The notes under the pieces were generated by a model that was not told the origin of the DNA, ran no database searches, and saw only the letters and a program-made list of their open reading frames with translations. A DNA stretch of 64,000 nt from an uncultured archaeon (GTDB lineage: Archaea > Asgardarchaeota > Lokiarchaeia > Sigyniarchaeales > SOKP01), in contig CAZBNW010000003.1 in the NCBI GenBank assembly GCA_964493385.1, positions 6,509 to 70,508 of the forward strand, in the 5' to 3' direction. Below, in pieces: positions 48,490 through 58,053 of this stretch (position 1 is the first letter of the stretch; each line of letters begins with the position of its first letter). Position numbers and translations under genes: made by a program.

Positions 48490-50070
48490 CTACCAAACTA
48501 GATTAGTTATAATATCTTTTGCTGTTTCAGCTTGTTTCTTATTTAGAATTTTTCTAATTCGTAAGTCATTGATAGCATCCTCAAGTCGTGTATCTAAGTT
48601 TTTCATTTCCATTAAATTATTTTTATCTCCTTGAGTTTCTACTAACTCGATCATTGAATTTTCTTTATTCATTAAATCTCTTAACTTTTGTCTGAAGCTC
48701 GCCTTAACTTTTGTCCTTACAGGTTTGCCTCCATCAATCAATATCGGGAGTACAGGTGCTCTCTCAGTAGTTCTATTTGTATTAGGATCTATAAAGAAAA
48801 ATATATAAATAGGGATACCTACTACGACATTTTGAGTTTTTATTTCAAGAGTATAATCATTAAAAAAGTTTTGAACATCGGTCATTTCTTTATCTTTCAC
48901 AGACTCAATATTATCTAAACTAGATTGTTTTACGGTTTGTATTTTCGCAACTATATCTTCAGCACTGGTTAAATCTTTACTGAGCCCGCTGTGTTTTGCT
49001 TCAATTTGTTTTTCCACTTCAGTTTTTTTGCGCTCTAGTTCTCTTAACTTCTGTTGTTTTGTTTTTTCAAGATCAGAGATTTCACGGTGTACATTTTTCC
49101 TTAATTGAGCAATTTCATTATTATATCTGCTAATTGCATTTCCTAACTCGGTATATTTCATGTTTATATCCTTTAAACCTTCTTCTACTAAAAATAGATC
49201 GCGGTTATTAATTGCGTTTTTCAAACCATCAACACTGCTTTTAATTGAGCTGAGATTGTTATTCAATTCTCCCGTTTTATCATTTATTTTATATTTTCCT
49301 AATTTTACTAATTCTTCTGGAGATTTTTCAATTTCTCGTTCTTTTTCTGCTTGGATTTCCTTATTAAGTATGGCTAATTGCTTCTCTTCTTCCCCTGTAT
49401 CTACTTTAGTGTCTCTAATTTTATCTACCTCTTTCCCTCCTTTTTCTATCCATCTTTCGCATAATTTTATTATAGCATCTCCAAATGTATCAAGCATCTT
49501 CACATCTTTCTGTGAGACATACTCAGGTATTTCTGGTACTATTTTTGTTTGATTAACACTTTTAGTAATAGGCCCACCTTCTAATAGAAAATAAGGCGTA
49601 GAATGAGAACTTAAACTATATTGGTTAAGAAAAAAATTCTGGAAATATCCTACTTCATTTGTATTAAATAATGCCTCTTGGATAACAGTGCCTCTTTTAA
49701 AATTTTTAAAACGTTTAAGATATGTATTATTATAAGTTCGTAATGAATTAAAAAAAGATTCGGGATCTGCTCCTTTAATAACATTTTCGGGTCGTGGTGG
49801 CATTTGAGCAAATTTTCCAACACTTAACTTTTCTTGTTTGTTTAAAAGATAACTGCAAACGCACGCTCGTGTATCACTTAATGGAATTAGACGAACTGGC
49901 CAAAATGCTGTTGAAATTTTTGAGATTTTTCCTAATTTTTTAAGATTCTTACCATAAATACTAATACATTCAATTAATCCCATTGCTAATTCGTTTAATA
50001 ACGCAGCTTGGCTCCGAGCGGGAGTTACTTCAGACATATTAATTAAATAAGGTACTACTTTATCAACCAT
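48490..50070 (-). CDS. Hypothetical protein with long central coiled-coil-like region
   Basis: 526-aa ORF. The central ~200 aa are rich in E/K/L/I/N and heptad-like (EEKQLAILNKEIQAEKEREIEKSPEEL...QQKLRELERKKTEVEKQIEAK). Confidence 0.55.
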   Translation of the reverse strand: MVDKVVPYLINMSEVTPARSQAALLNELAMGLIECISIYGKNLKKLGKISKISTAFWPVRLIPLSDTRACVCSYLLNKQEKLSVGKFAQMPPRPENVIKGADPESFFNSLRTYNNTYLKRFKNFKRGTVIQEALFNTNEVGYFQNFFLNQYSLSSHSTPYFLLEGGPITKSVNQTKIVPEIPEYVSQKDVKMLDTFGDAIIKLCERWIEKGGKEVDKIRDTKVDTGEEEKQLAILNKEIQAEKEREIEKSPEELVKLGKYKINDKTGELNNNLSSIKSSVDGLKNAINNRDLFLVEEGLKDINMKYTELGNAISRYNNEIAQLRKNVHREISDLEKTKQQKLRELERKKTEVEKQIEAKHSGLSKDLTSAEDIVAKIQTVKQSSLDNIESVKDKEMTDVQNFFNDYTLEIKTQNVVVGIPIYIFFFIDPNTNRTTERAPVLPILIDGGKPVRTKVKASFRQKLRDLMNKENSMIELVETQGDKNNLMEMKNLDTRLEDAINDLRIRKILNKKQAETAKDIITNLVW

Positions 50071-50235
50071 ATTTGATTCACTTGATATTTCTATATTATT
50101 TTTTAATACCGATATAATAATTAAAGTTTTGGTTTTGAATTGATTTCATTGTATCTTATTATAAATTTAAATAGAAAGAAGAAAAATTAATATCATGAAA
50201 TGGAGTTAGTTCTAAACATTTGAGGTATAGATATA

Positions 50236-51048
50236 ATGGTCGAAAAATTTTTAGAAGGAAAAGGAGCTCTTATTACTGGTGGAGCTTCTGGTTTTGGTAA
50301 GGGTGTAGCCCTTGAATATGCAAAGAGAGGTGCTGACTTAGTTTTAGTTGATATTAAAGAAGAAATGTTAGAAGAAACTTCAAAAAAAATTGAAGCTGAA
50401 ACAAAACAAAAAGTGGTGCCTATTATATGTGATGTATCACAAGCTACTAAGGTTAAAAATATGGCAAAACAAGCATTTGAAGAACTCGATAATATATATG
50501 TACTATTTAATAATGCGGGAATATGTCCAGGGTATGGAAAAGATATCTTAAAAGCTGATGAAAAACTATGGGATTCAACTCTTAACGTAAATCTTAAAGG
50601 TCAATGGTTAGTTTCGAAATTTATTTGTAGAAACATGAGAAGGCAACCATTTGAACCTTTAGCGGGTAAAGTAATTCATACTTCATCTGATATGGGAATG
50701 GCAGTTGATATAACAGTTCCCATATATTGTATAAGTAAAGCTGGGATAATTACTCTAATGCAAATACTTGCAAAAACATTGGCTCCGAAAATAACAGCAA
50801 ACTCTATTTCCCCAGGATATCACGCAACTGGAATTTATGCCAATAATGAAGAGATAATGATTCAAACTATGAAGATCGGTAATGTTAAAACTCCCTTAAA
50901 TCGAATAGGTACAGTAGAAGACATCGTAAATGTGGGACTCTTCTTAGCTTCGCCTGCATCTAATTTTATAACTGGGCATAATTTTGCAGTTGATGGAGGG
51001 ATTGCCGAAGTTGGAGTACCAGCAAATTATTTAAAAACCAATATTTAA
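50236..51048 (+). CDS. Short-chain dehydrogenase/reductase (SDR)
   Basis: ITGGASGFGKG (TGxxxGxG), NNAG, and YCISKAG (YxxxK). Confidence 0.85.
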   Translation: MVEKFLEGKGALITGGASGFGKGVALEYAKRGADLVLVDIKEEMLEETSKKIEAETKQKVVPIICDVSQATKVKNMAKQAFEELDNIYVLFNNAGICPGYGKDILKADEKLWDSTLNVNLKGQWLVSKFICRNMRRQPFEPLAGKVIHTSSDMGMAVDITVPIYCISKAGIITLMQILAKTLAPKITANSISPGYHATGIYANNEEIMIQTMKIGNVKTPLNRIGTVEDIVNVGLFLASPASNFITGHNFAVDGGIAEVGVPANYLKTNI

Positions 51049-51149
51049 TTCAATTTTTTTATTATGGAAAAAAAAATTTTAGAAAAACTGAAGTTTTATA
51101 TAGTTTTTATAATCTTCTTATAACATAATAAAAAAAAATTCCTGATAAA

Positions 51150-51557
51150 GTGAATAAGATGTTGGATATTTTAATTGCGATTACTCAAATAATATGGGGA
51201 TTTGGTATTATTGCCTTTTGGATATATTTTTTTTTAGTTGAGAACAAAAATCCCGAAAGATCAGAAGTATACCTTGTGTTTGAGAGATCGTTCGTATTAC
51301 CAGATACATGTTGGATAGCTCCTTGTTATTTTATTTCTGGTTTTAGTTTACTTATGAATCAACAAATTTGGGTTTTTTTCTCAATAGCAGGAGGAAGTGG
51401 TATGTTATTTCTCTTTCTTTTGGATTTATCTTTTAATATACAACAAGGAAATTATAAAAAAGATAAGAGAAAAAAAAATATAGGAGAAATAGTGATTAAT
51501 ATTCTATGTGCAATATTTGGTCCTTTATACATGACATTGGGTTTTATAAATCTCTAA
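51150..51557 (+). CDS. Small hydrophobic (about 4 TM) membrane protein
   Basis: Four hydrophobic stretches in 135 aa, with a GTG start. Confidence 0.45.
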   Translation: MNKMLDILIAITQIIWGFGIIAFWIYFFLVENKNPERSEVYLVFERSFVLPDTCWIAPCYFISGFSLLMNQQIWVFFSIAGGSGMLFLFLLDLSFNIQQGNYKKDKRKKNIGEIVINILCAIFGPLYMTLGFINL

Positions 51558-51678
51558 AATTTTTTTTTAAATTTTCCATTTTTTAAGAAATTTTAAAGAT
51601 AGATTTTATAAAAGCAAAAATCTAAATTTATACCTATATAACTAAAATAAAACAATTAAATTTTTGGAGGTAAACGTA

Positions 51679-53472
51679 ATGGTAAAAGTTAATGGAGCTC
51701 AATTAGTAGTTCGTGCGTTAGATAATCAAGGTGTTGGAGTTATTTTTACTCTTTGCGGAGACAATCGCTTAATTTATCATTATTGCCAAGATCCCTCTTG
51801 TACTGAGACTGGAATAGACATTATTGATTTCCGGCATGAACAGGCCACTGGACACGCAGCTATGGGATATTTTCTTGCTACTGGTGAAGTAGGGGTGTGT
51901 TCAGTTCAATCTGGACCGGGAATTACGGATTTATTCCCTTCAATTCCAATCGCTTATGATGCAAGCATTCCTCTCGTAGCCATTTGCACAAGTACCGCAC
52001 TAATGGATTTTGAAAAGTTAGCTCAAAATGAAATTGATGTTGTTCCATCCTTTCGTCCTGTAACAAAATGGAGTGGATATTGCTATGAAACAGCCCGAAT
52101 ACCAGAATATATAAATATGGCTTTTAGAATTGCTACAACTGGTCGTCCTGGCCCTGTTCTTCTTCTTATTCCTTTTGATATTTTAATAAAGGAATGTAAT
52201 GATGAATTAGATATCGTACAACGAGCTTTTAAACCAGTTCAGAAATTAAGGGCGTTTTACGGTCCCTATGGAAATAGTGAACTCGTATCTAAAGCTGCTG
52301 ACTTACTTCTTAAAGCACAGCGACCTTTAATTATTGCAGGAACGGGAACTGCTTTTTCAAATGCGTCTTTAGAACTATTAAAATTTGCAGAATTGACAAA
52401 AATTCCTGTAGGATTGTGGGGATTTGGTTTAGGAGAATTTCCACCCGATCACCCACTATATTTTGGAATCGCAAGTCCATTAGATGGTCCAGGAACGGCA
52501 TTACTTCAAAAAGTAGATGTAGCTTTAATATTAGGATCGAGAATTTCTGAATTAATGAATTTTGGATATATGCCTTATTTTTCAGATGAGGCAAAACTTA
52601 TCCAAGTAGATATAAAAGCAGAAGAGATTGGGAGAAATCGTGCTATTGACATACCAATTGTAGGTGATGTTAAAGGTGTTCTGACGCAATTAATTCAAAT
52701 TACGAAAGATAAACCGCAAGAACCAAGAATAGAAACACCGTGGGTTAAAACTGTCCAAGAAGATTTGAAAAAATTTGAAGCTCGCCTTGAGAAAGAAGGA
52801 TCTTCAGATAAAATTCCAATTCAACCCCAACGGTTAGTTAAAGAGGTTCGCGATTTTATGCCTGAGGATGGAATTATAATTTTGGATGGTGGGGATACTA
52901 CAGTTTGGGGTTTGATTTACTTAAGATCTCGCTATTCTAAATCACTTTATTTCTCTGGTGGTTTAGGTATCCAACATCTTGGTGGTGGTATTCCAATGGC
53001 CATTGCTACCAAATATGCATATCCTGAAAAGAAAGTTCTAGTCTTAACTGGGGATGGTTCATTCTTATTTAATGGAAAAGAAATAGAGACTGCCCGTAGA
53101 TTTAATTTACCATTTGTGGTTGTTGTAAGTAATGATAGACTTTGGGGAATGGTAGCGAGAGGTCAAAAAATGTCTCACGGTAAGAAATTTTTCGGTTTAG
53201 GAAGCTCTTTAAGTAACGAAACTCGTTATGACAAATACGCAGAAGCATTCAAATGTTATGGAGAATTAATAACAGATCCTAAAGAAATTCGCCATGCTTT
53301 AAAACGAGCTTTTGATTCTGACCTTCCATCTGTGATTGATGTACGTATTAACCCAAAAATAAATTCCATATTTAATTATCTTGCCAGAGAAGGTTATAAT
53401 CCAGATAGTTGGGAACGAAAAGTAAAGAAAAAAGCTGAAATTGTACTTGAAATACCACAGACGAAGAGTTAA
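51679..53472 (+). CDS. Thiamine-diphosphate-dependent enzyme (acetolactate synthase large subunit-like family)
   Basis: HEQATGHAAMGY and GDGSFLFNG...VVSND (GDG-x24-NN-type TPP motif). ATG 51679 follows GGAGG. Confidence 0.8.
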   Translation: MVKVNGAQLVVRALDNQGVGVIFTLCGDNRLIYHYCQDPSCTETGIDIIDFRHEQATGHAAMGYFLATGEVGVCSVQSGPGITDLFPSIPIAYDASIPLVAICTSTALMDFEKLAQNEIDVVPSFRPVTKWSGYCYETARIPEYINMAFRIATTGRPGPVLLLIPFDILIKECNDELDIVQRAFKPVQKLRAFYGPYGNSELVSKAADLLLKAQRPLIIAGTGTAFSNASLELLKFAELTKIPVGLWGFGLGEFPPDHPLYFGIASPLDGPGTALLQKVDVALILGSRISELMNFGYMPYFSDEAKLIQVDIKAEEIGRNRAIDIPIVGDVKGVLTQLIQITKDKPQEPRIETPWVKTVQEDLKKFEARLEKEGSSDKIPIQPQRLVKEVRDFMPEDGIIILDGGDTTVWGLIYLRSRYSKSLYFSGGLGIQHLGGGIPMAIATKYAYPEKKVLVLTGDGSFLFNGKEIETARRFNLPFVVVVSNDRLWGMVARGQKMSHGKKFFGLGSSLSNETRYDKYAEAFKCYGELITDPKEIRHALKRAFDSDLPSVIDVRINPKINSIFNYLAREGYNPDSWERKVKKKAEIVLEIPQTKS

Positions 53473-53521
53473 ATTATTGATCTAAATATTTAAAAGTGAT
53501 TTCCAAGAAGATTTGAGTTAA

Positions 53522-54535
53522 ATGAAGGCAGCGAAGTATGAAGGAAAAGGAAAAATATCAATTATAGATATACCTAAACCTATTCCTCAAAAGGATGAAG
53601 TATTAGTTCAGGTAAAATATACTGGAATATGTGGTTCAGATTTAGAAATATATAAAACGGGATTACTCCCTGCTAAAGTTGTATTAGGGCATGAAATTAT
53701 GGGGTATATAGCAGAAATTGGTCCTGATGTAAAAGAATGGAAAAATGGAGATCGCGTGACTATATTTCCAATCATTAGCTGTGATCATTGTCATTTTTGT
53801 CGAAAAAGTCAATCAAATTTATGTATTTATGAAGATTCTATAGGTCTAGGGCAAGATGGAGGCTATGCGGAGTATGTTTTAGCTAAACAAGACCAACTTT
53901 ATAGAATTCCAGAAGGGATACCAGATAAACATGGTACGGTTTTTGATCAAATCGCAACTACATCACTAGCTTTGAGGGAATCTAATTACATACCTGGAAG
54001 TCATACTGCTATTTTAGGACTTGGTACAATGGGTCAGTTTTTTCTTCAGTATCTAAAAGTTGTGGGCGCTAAGACTATAACTGTTGTTGAAATAAATCCT
54101 TATAGATTAAATGTAGCAAAGAAATTTAATCCTGATTTAGCATTGAATAAATTAGCTTTAGCAAAAATTAAAAGGATTCCGAAACGAGATTTTGGGGGTG
54201 TAGATTTTGTATTTGAATGTACCGGTCATCAGACCGTAGTAGATGCGGCTCTTAGTATCGTAAAGAAAGGAGGAACTGTTGTTCAGATTGGTATTTGGGA
54301 TAAGCCGATTGAGATCAACCTATTCAAATATGTTTGGCATCAAATACGAATACAAGGGATTTGGAGCTATACTAGAAAAGATTTTGAATATGCAATAGAT
54401 TTAGTTGCCAAAAAACTTATTGATCCTGAGCCAATTGTTACAAAAATAATTCCTTTAGATGATATCGTTGAAGAAGGATTTGAGTCCGCCATTGATCCTG
54501 AGACAAAAGATATTAAAATCCTTGTAGAGCCTTAA
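53522..54535 (+). CDS. Zinc-dependent medium-chain alcohol/polyol dehydrogenase
   Basis: GICGSDLE, GHEIMGYI, CDHCHFCRKSQSNLC (structural Zn), and GLGTMG (Rossmann). Confidence 0.85.
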   Translation: MKAAKYEGKGKISIIDIPKPIPQKDEVLVQVKYTGICGSDLEIYKTGLLPAKVVLGHEIMGYIAEIGPDVKEWKNGDRVTIFPIISCDHCHFCRKSQSNLCIYEDSIGLGQDGGYAEYVLAKQDQLYRIPEGIPDKHGTVFDQIATTSLALRESNYIPGSHTAILGLGTMGQFFLQYLKVVGAKTITVVEINPYRLNVAKKFNPDLALNKLALAKIKRIPKRDFGGVDFVFECTGHQTVVDAALSIVKKGGTVVQIGIWDKPIEINLFKYVWHQIRIQGIWSYTRKDFEYAIDLVAKKLIDPEPIVTKIIPLDDIVEEGFESAIDPETKDIKILVEP

Positions 54536-54616
54536 AAAGATATAATTACAATTTTTACTTCTTTTTTATTTAATACAAAAAGAAATTTAATTAAGATTAA
54601 GAATATCAATATTATT

Positions 54617-55723
54617 ATGAGAAAAATTGGGCTAATTGTAAATCCAATTGCTGGAATGGGTGGTAGTGTTGGACTTAAAGGAACGGATGGAGATATTTAC
54701 CAAGAAGCTGTAAGAATGGGTGCTACACCTGTTGTACCACAAAGGGTGAGTGAGTTATTATCACAAATAAAAAGGAGAAAAGAAATCTTTTTCCTTGTGG
54801 CACCTGGCATAATGGGAGTGGAATATATTAAAGATAAAGGATTCAATTTTGAAGTAATTGGGAAAATTAGTGAACATACTACTTCTGAAGATACCATAAG
54901 TATTGCAAAAGAAATGATTAATAAAACAATTGAACTATTGATATTTTGTGGTGGGGATGGGACAGCACGAGATATCTATGATGCAATTGGATTAAAAATG
55001 CCTGTGGTTGCGTTACCAGCTGGAGTAAAAATGTTTAGCTCTGTCTTTGCTCTTAATCCTAGAGCTGCTGCTCAAATTGTTGATAAATTTTTAGAGGAAG
55101 CTGTTGAAACTCAAGAACAAGAAATACTAGATATTAATGAAGATCTTGTACGTGATGATATTTTAGAATCAAGATTATATGGATATTTAAAAGTGCCGAA
55201 AATCTTAAGCTTAATACAATCAAGTAAATCTGGTTCAAAACTAGGGAAAACTGTACGGGAAAATAAACAAGAAATCGCACAATTTATTATTGAAAACATG
55301 GAAAATGATATTTTATATTTATTAGGACCGGGAACAACAGCGAAAACTATTACAGATATTTTAAAATTGCCGAAAACCCTTCTTGGAATAGATGCCATTT
55401 ATAATAAAAAGAATGTTGGTAAAGATGTAAATGAACAAGGTATTCTTGAGTTATTAGAAAAATATTCAAAGGTAAATGTTATAGTTTCACCAATAGGAGG
55501 CCAAGGATTTGTCTTTGGCAGAGGAAATAAACAATTCACTCCTGAAATCCTTAAAAGAATTGGAAAAAAGAATATAAAAATCATAGCAACAGAGGAAAAA
55601 ATGAGAGAACTGGATTGTTTAAGGATTGACACAGGAAATATTGAAGTAGATAATACATTAAAAGGATTTACTAAGGTAATAATTGGTTATAAAGAAGAAT
55701 TAGTTCTTAAAATTGAATGCTAA
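54617..55723 (+). CDS. ATP-NAD kinase-like family protein (COG3199-type)
   Basis: NPIAGMGGSVGLKGTDG and FCGGDGTARD. Confidence 0.6.
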   Translation: MRKIGLIVNPIAGMGGSVGLKGTDGDIYQEAVRMGATPVVPQRVSELLSQIKRRKEIFFLVAPGIMGVEYIKDKGFNFEVIGKISEHTTSEDTISIAKEMINKTIELLIFCGGDGTARDIYDAIGLKMPVVALPAGVKMFSSVFALNPRAAAQIVDKFLEEAVETQEQEILDINEDLVRDDILESRLYGYLKVPKILSLIQSSKSGSKLGKTVRENKQEIAQFIIENMENDILYLLGPGTTAKTITDILKLPKTLLGIDAIYNKKNVGKDVNEQGILELLEKYSKVNVIVSPIGGQGFVFGRGNKQFTPEILKRIGKKNIKIIATEEKMRELDCLRIDTGNIEVDNTLKGFTKVIIGYKEELVLKIEC

Positions 55724-55864
55724 TTTTTAGTAAATCACAGAGTATTAGTATAAACTCAAATTATAAAATCAATATTCATTTATTCTAATTAATTATATTC
55801 ACTAACTAATTTTTTGAAAAAGGAAATTAAGGGATACTTAATTATTAAGAGGTTTTATAATTAA

Positions 55865-56767
55865 ATGTTTAAAGATGAAGTAATTAATAAAGCTCTTGTT
55901 TTGGGTTTTGAAGATATTGGCTTTACGACTGCTGAACCTTTTCCTACTCAAAGAGAAATTTTATTATCAAGGAAGGAAGAATATGCTTGGGCAGCAGAAA
56001 AAGAGTTAGACCTCACTAAAGGATTAGATCCCAAAAATATTATGCCAGATGCTGAATCTATAATCGTTCTGATTGATGTTTATTTTAAAGAATCATACCC
56101 AAATTATCTTGAAGGTCATTTCGGTCGTGCTTATTTGGATGATGATAGAAATACTAAAGGACAATTATATCAAAGGATCAAGATTTTTCGTGGTTTCTTA
56201 AGAGATAATGGTATTAGTTCAAGAGCACCGTTCAATATTCCTCACCAATTAACTGCAGCAAGAGCTGGTTTAGGCACTTTTGGAAAGAATAATTTCTTAT
56301 ATTCACGGAAAGCAGCCCTCCAAAGTTCTTGGATTGTGCCAATCCCTATAGTAGTTAATTTTGAATTTATTCCTGACGATCCTACTATTGAAGTTGGTTG
56401 CCCTTCTTGGTGTAAAAACACTTGTATTGCCTCATGTCCCACAGGAGCACTTCGAGGTCCTCGTAATATCGACCCTCGAAAGTGTATCTCATATCTTTCA
56501 TATTATGGAGAAGGAATTACTCCAATGGAACTCCGTGAACCTATGGGAACATGGGTCTATGGTTGTGATTGCTGCCAAGAAGTTTGCCCTCGTAATAGAG
56601 TTTGGCTTTCACAAAAATTACCCCTTAATAAAAGAGTTGTTGCTAAAGCAAAAGATTTTGAACTAATCAAATTGCTTCATATGGATAGAGAACATTATAA
56701 AACAAAAGTTTGGCCTCATATGTTCTATATGTCGGATAATGCCTCATACCATGATCTTTGGAGATGA
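55865..56767 (+). CDS. QueG/reductive-dehalogenase-superfamily Fe-S protein, ending at an in-frame TGA (N-terminal part of a split or read-through gene)
   Basis: CPSWCKNTCIASCPTGAL, CISYLS, and GCDCCQEVCPRN resemble epoxyqueuosine reductase. The frame continues after TGA (56765..56767) into the HEAT-like ORF. Confidence 0.6.
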   Translation: MFKDEVINKALVLGFEDIGFTTAEPFPTQREILLSRKEEYAWAAEKELDLTKGLDPKNIMPDAESIIVLIDVYFKESYPNYLEGHFGRAYLDDDRNTKGQLYQRIKIFRGFLRDNGISSRAPFNIPHQLTAARAGLGTFGKNNFLYSRKAALQSSWIVPIPIVVNFEFIPDDPTIEVGCPSWCKNTCIASCPTGALRGPRNIDPRKCISYLSYYGEGITPMELREPMGTWVYGCDCCQEVCPRNRVWLSQKLPLNKRVVAKAKDFELIKLLHMDREHYKTKVWPHMFYMSDNASYHDLWR

Positions 56768-56770
56768 AAA

Positions 56771-57004
56771 ATGAATGTAGCCAGAGCTATGGGAAATTCC
56801 CTTGATCCTAAATATATCCCTGAATTAATTAAGGCATTCAAAGAAAATGTTGACGAGAGAGTAAAAGGGATGATAGCCTGGGCATTAGGACGGATTGGTG
56901 GTGAAGAATCAAAGGAAATATTGAAGATTTCTCTTTCTGATAGTGAGGGTTTAGTTAAACAAGAAATTTTCCTTGCCTTAGAAAAACTTAGTAAAAAAGT
57001 TTAA
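56771..57004 (+). CDS. HEAT-repeat-like fragment corresponding to the C-terminal domain of QueG-like proteins
   Basis: NVARAMGNSLD...ERVKGMIAWALGRIGG resembles the RNVAIALGN...AAWALG tail of QueG. It is in the same reading frame as 55865..56767. Confidence 0.5.
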   Translation: MNVARAMGNSLDPKYIPELIKAFKENVDERVKGMIAWALGRIGGEESKEILKISLSDSEGLVKQEIFLALEKLSKKV

Positions 57005-57009
57005 GATCT

Positions 57010-57963
57010 TCATATAGGATTAAAAGCATTTATCTTTTCCAGGTGTTCTAGCATTTGAAGATACAATCTATCTCTTTTTTTAAGAATTTCTTGCTCATTA
57101 CGTCCACCGTAATCATAAAAGCCCTTACCTGACTTTGCACCCAAATGTCCTTTTTCTACTTTTTCAATAATAAAAGGAACCTCAATACCCCTATTCTTAA
57201 GAATATCATTCAATAAATCTAGTCCTGTAAAATCTTGGGATTGGATTACTCCTACAACAGGAAGTCTGATCCCTAATGTATTTTTTATTGCTATATCAAT
57301 TTGTTCTGGCGTTGCTAATCCTCTAGTTATAAGTTCATACATTGCTCCAGTGATAGCACTCTGTATTTTATTTACAATATATGAAGGAGCAAATTTTTTC
57401 ATCAATAATGGTCGTTTTCCAATTTTTTGCATTAACTCTATTGAGAAATCCACGACCTCCTTAGACGTTTTTCGCCCTGGGGCAACCTCAACAAGTGGTA
57501 TAATATGGGGTGGTGCGTAATAATGATGAGCAATTACTTGTTTGATCCTATTGATTTTTTTGACAATATTAAATATATCTAAAGTTGAGGTATTGCTTGC
57601 TAAAACAACATCATCAGAACAGTATTTATCTAATTGTAAAAAAACATCTCTTTTCACTTCGGGAATTTCACTAACAACTTCAGTTACAAAGTCAGCACTT
57701 TCAGCAGCAGCAATTAGATTTGTAGTTAAATGAATTCGATTAAGAATAGCAGGTATTTCTTTCCCATCTACTCTCTGAAATTCAGCGAGGATATTTAGAT
57801 TTGATTCAACTAGTCGAATTGCATTAGTTAATCTCTTCTTGTTTAAATCTACTAAATCAACATCATATCCCGCTTTAGCATATATTTGTGCGATGGAGTG
57901 TCCCATCGTACCCGCTCCCACAATTAAAATACGTTTAATTTTATTGACATTCATATAAATCAA
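57010..57963 (-). CDS. 3-hydroxyacyl-CoA dehydrogenase (Hbd-like)
   Basis: ILIVGAGTMGHSIA, NTSTL, and the C-terminal GKGFYDY. Confidence 0.8.
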   Translation of the reverse strand: MIYMNVNKIKRILIVGAGTMGHSIAQIYAKAGYDVDLVDLNKKRLTNAIRLVESNLNILAEFQRVDGKEIPAILNRIHLTTNLIAAAESADFVTEVVSEIPEVKRDVFLQLDKYCSDDVVLASNTSTLDIFNIVKKINRIKQVIAHHYYAPPHIIPLVEVAPGRKTSKEVVDFSIELMQKIGKRPLLMKKFAPSYIVNKIQSAITGAMYELITRGLATPEQIDIAIKNTLGIRLPVVGVIQSQDFTGLDLLNDILKNRGIEVPFIIEKVEKGHLGAKSGKGFYDYGGRNEQEILKKRDRLYLQMLEHLEKINAFNPI

Positions 57964-58053
57964 TTGAATTCAAAATAGAAGTTAATATTAATAGGAGAAA
58001 TAAAATAATAAATTATTCGTGAAATGACTTGAATATGAAAAACTAAACATGAA

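Noticed and set aside
56765-56767. The in-frame TGA in the QueG-like gene read as selenocysteine.
   Set aside because: The aligned position in QueG-like tails is not a Cys or a redox residue as far as I can judge, and I saw no obvious stem-loop downstream. A nonsense or split explanation is more likely. I cannot formally exclude it without a SECIS search.
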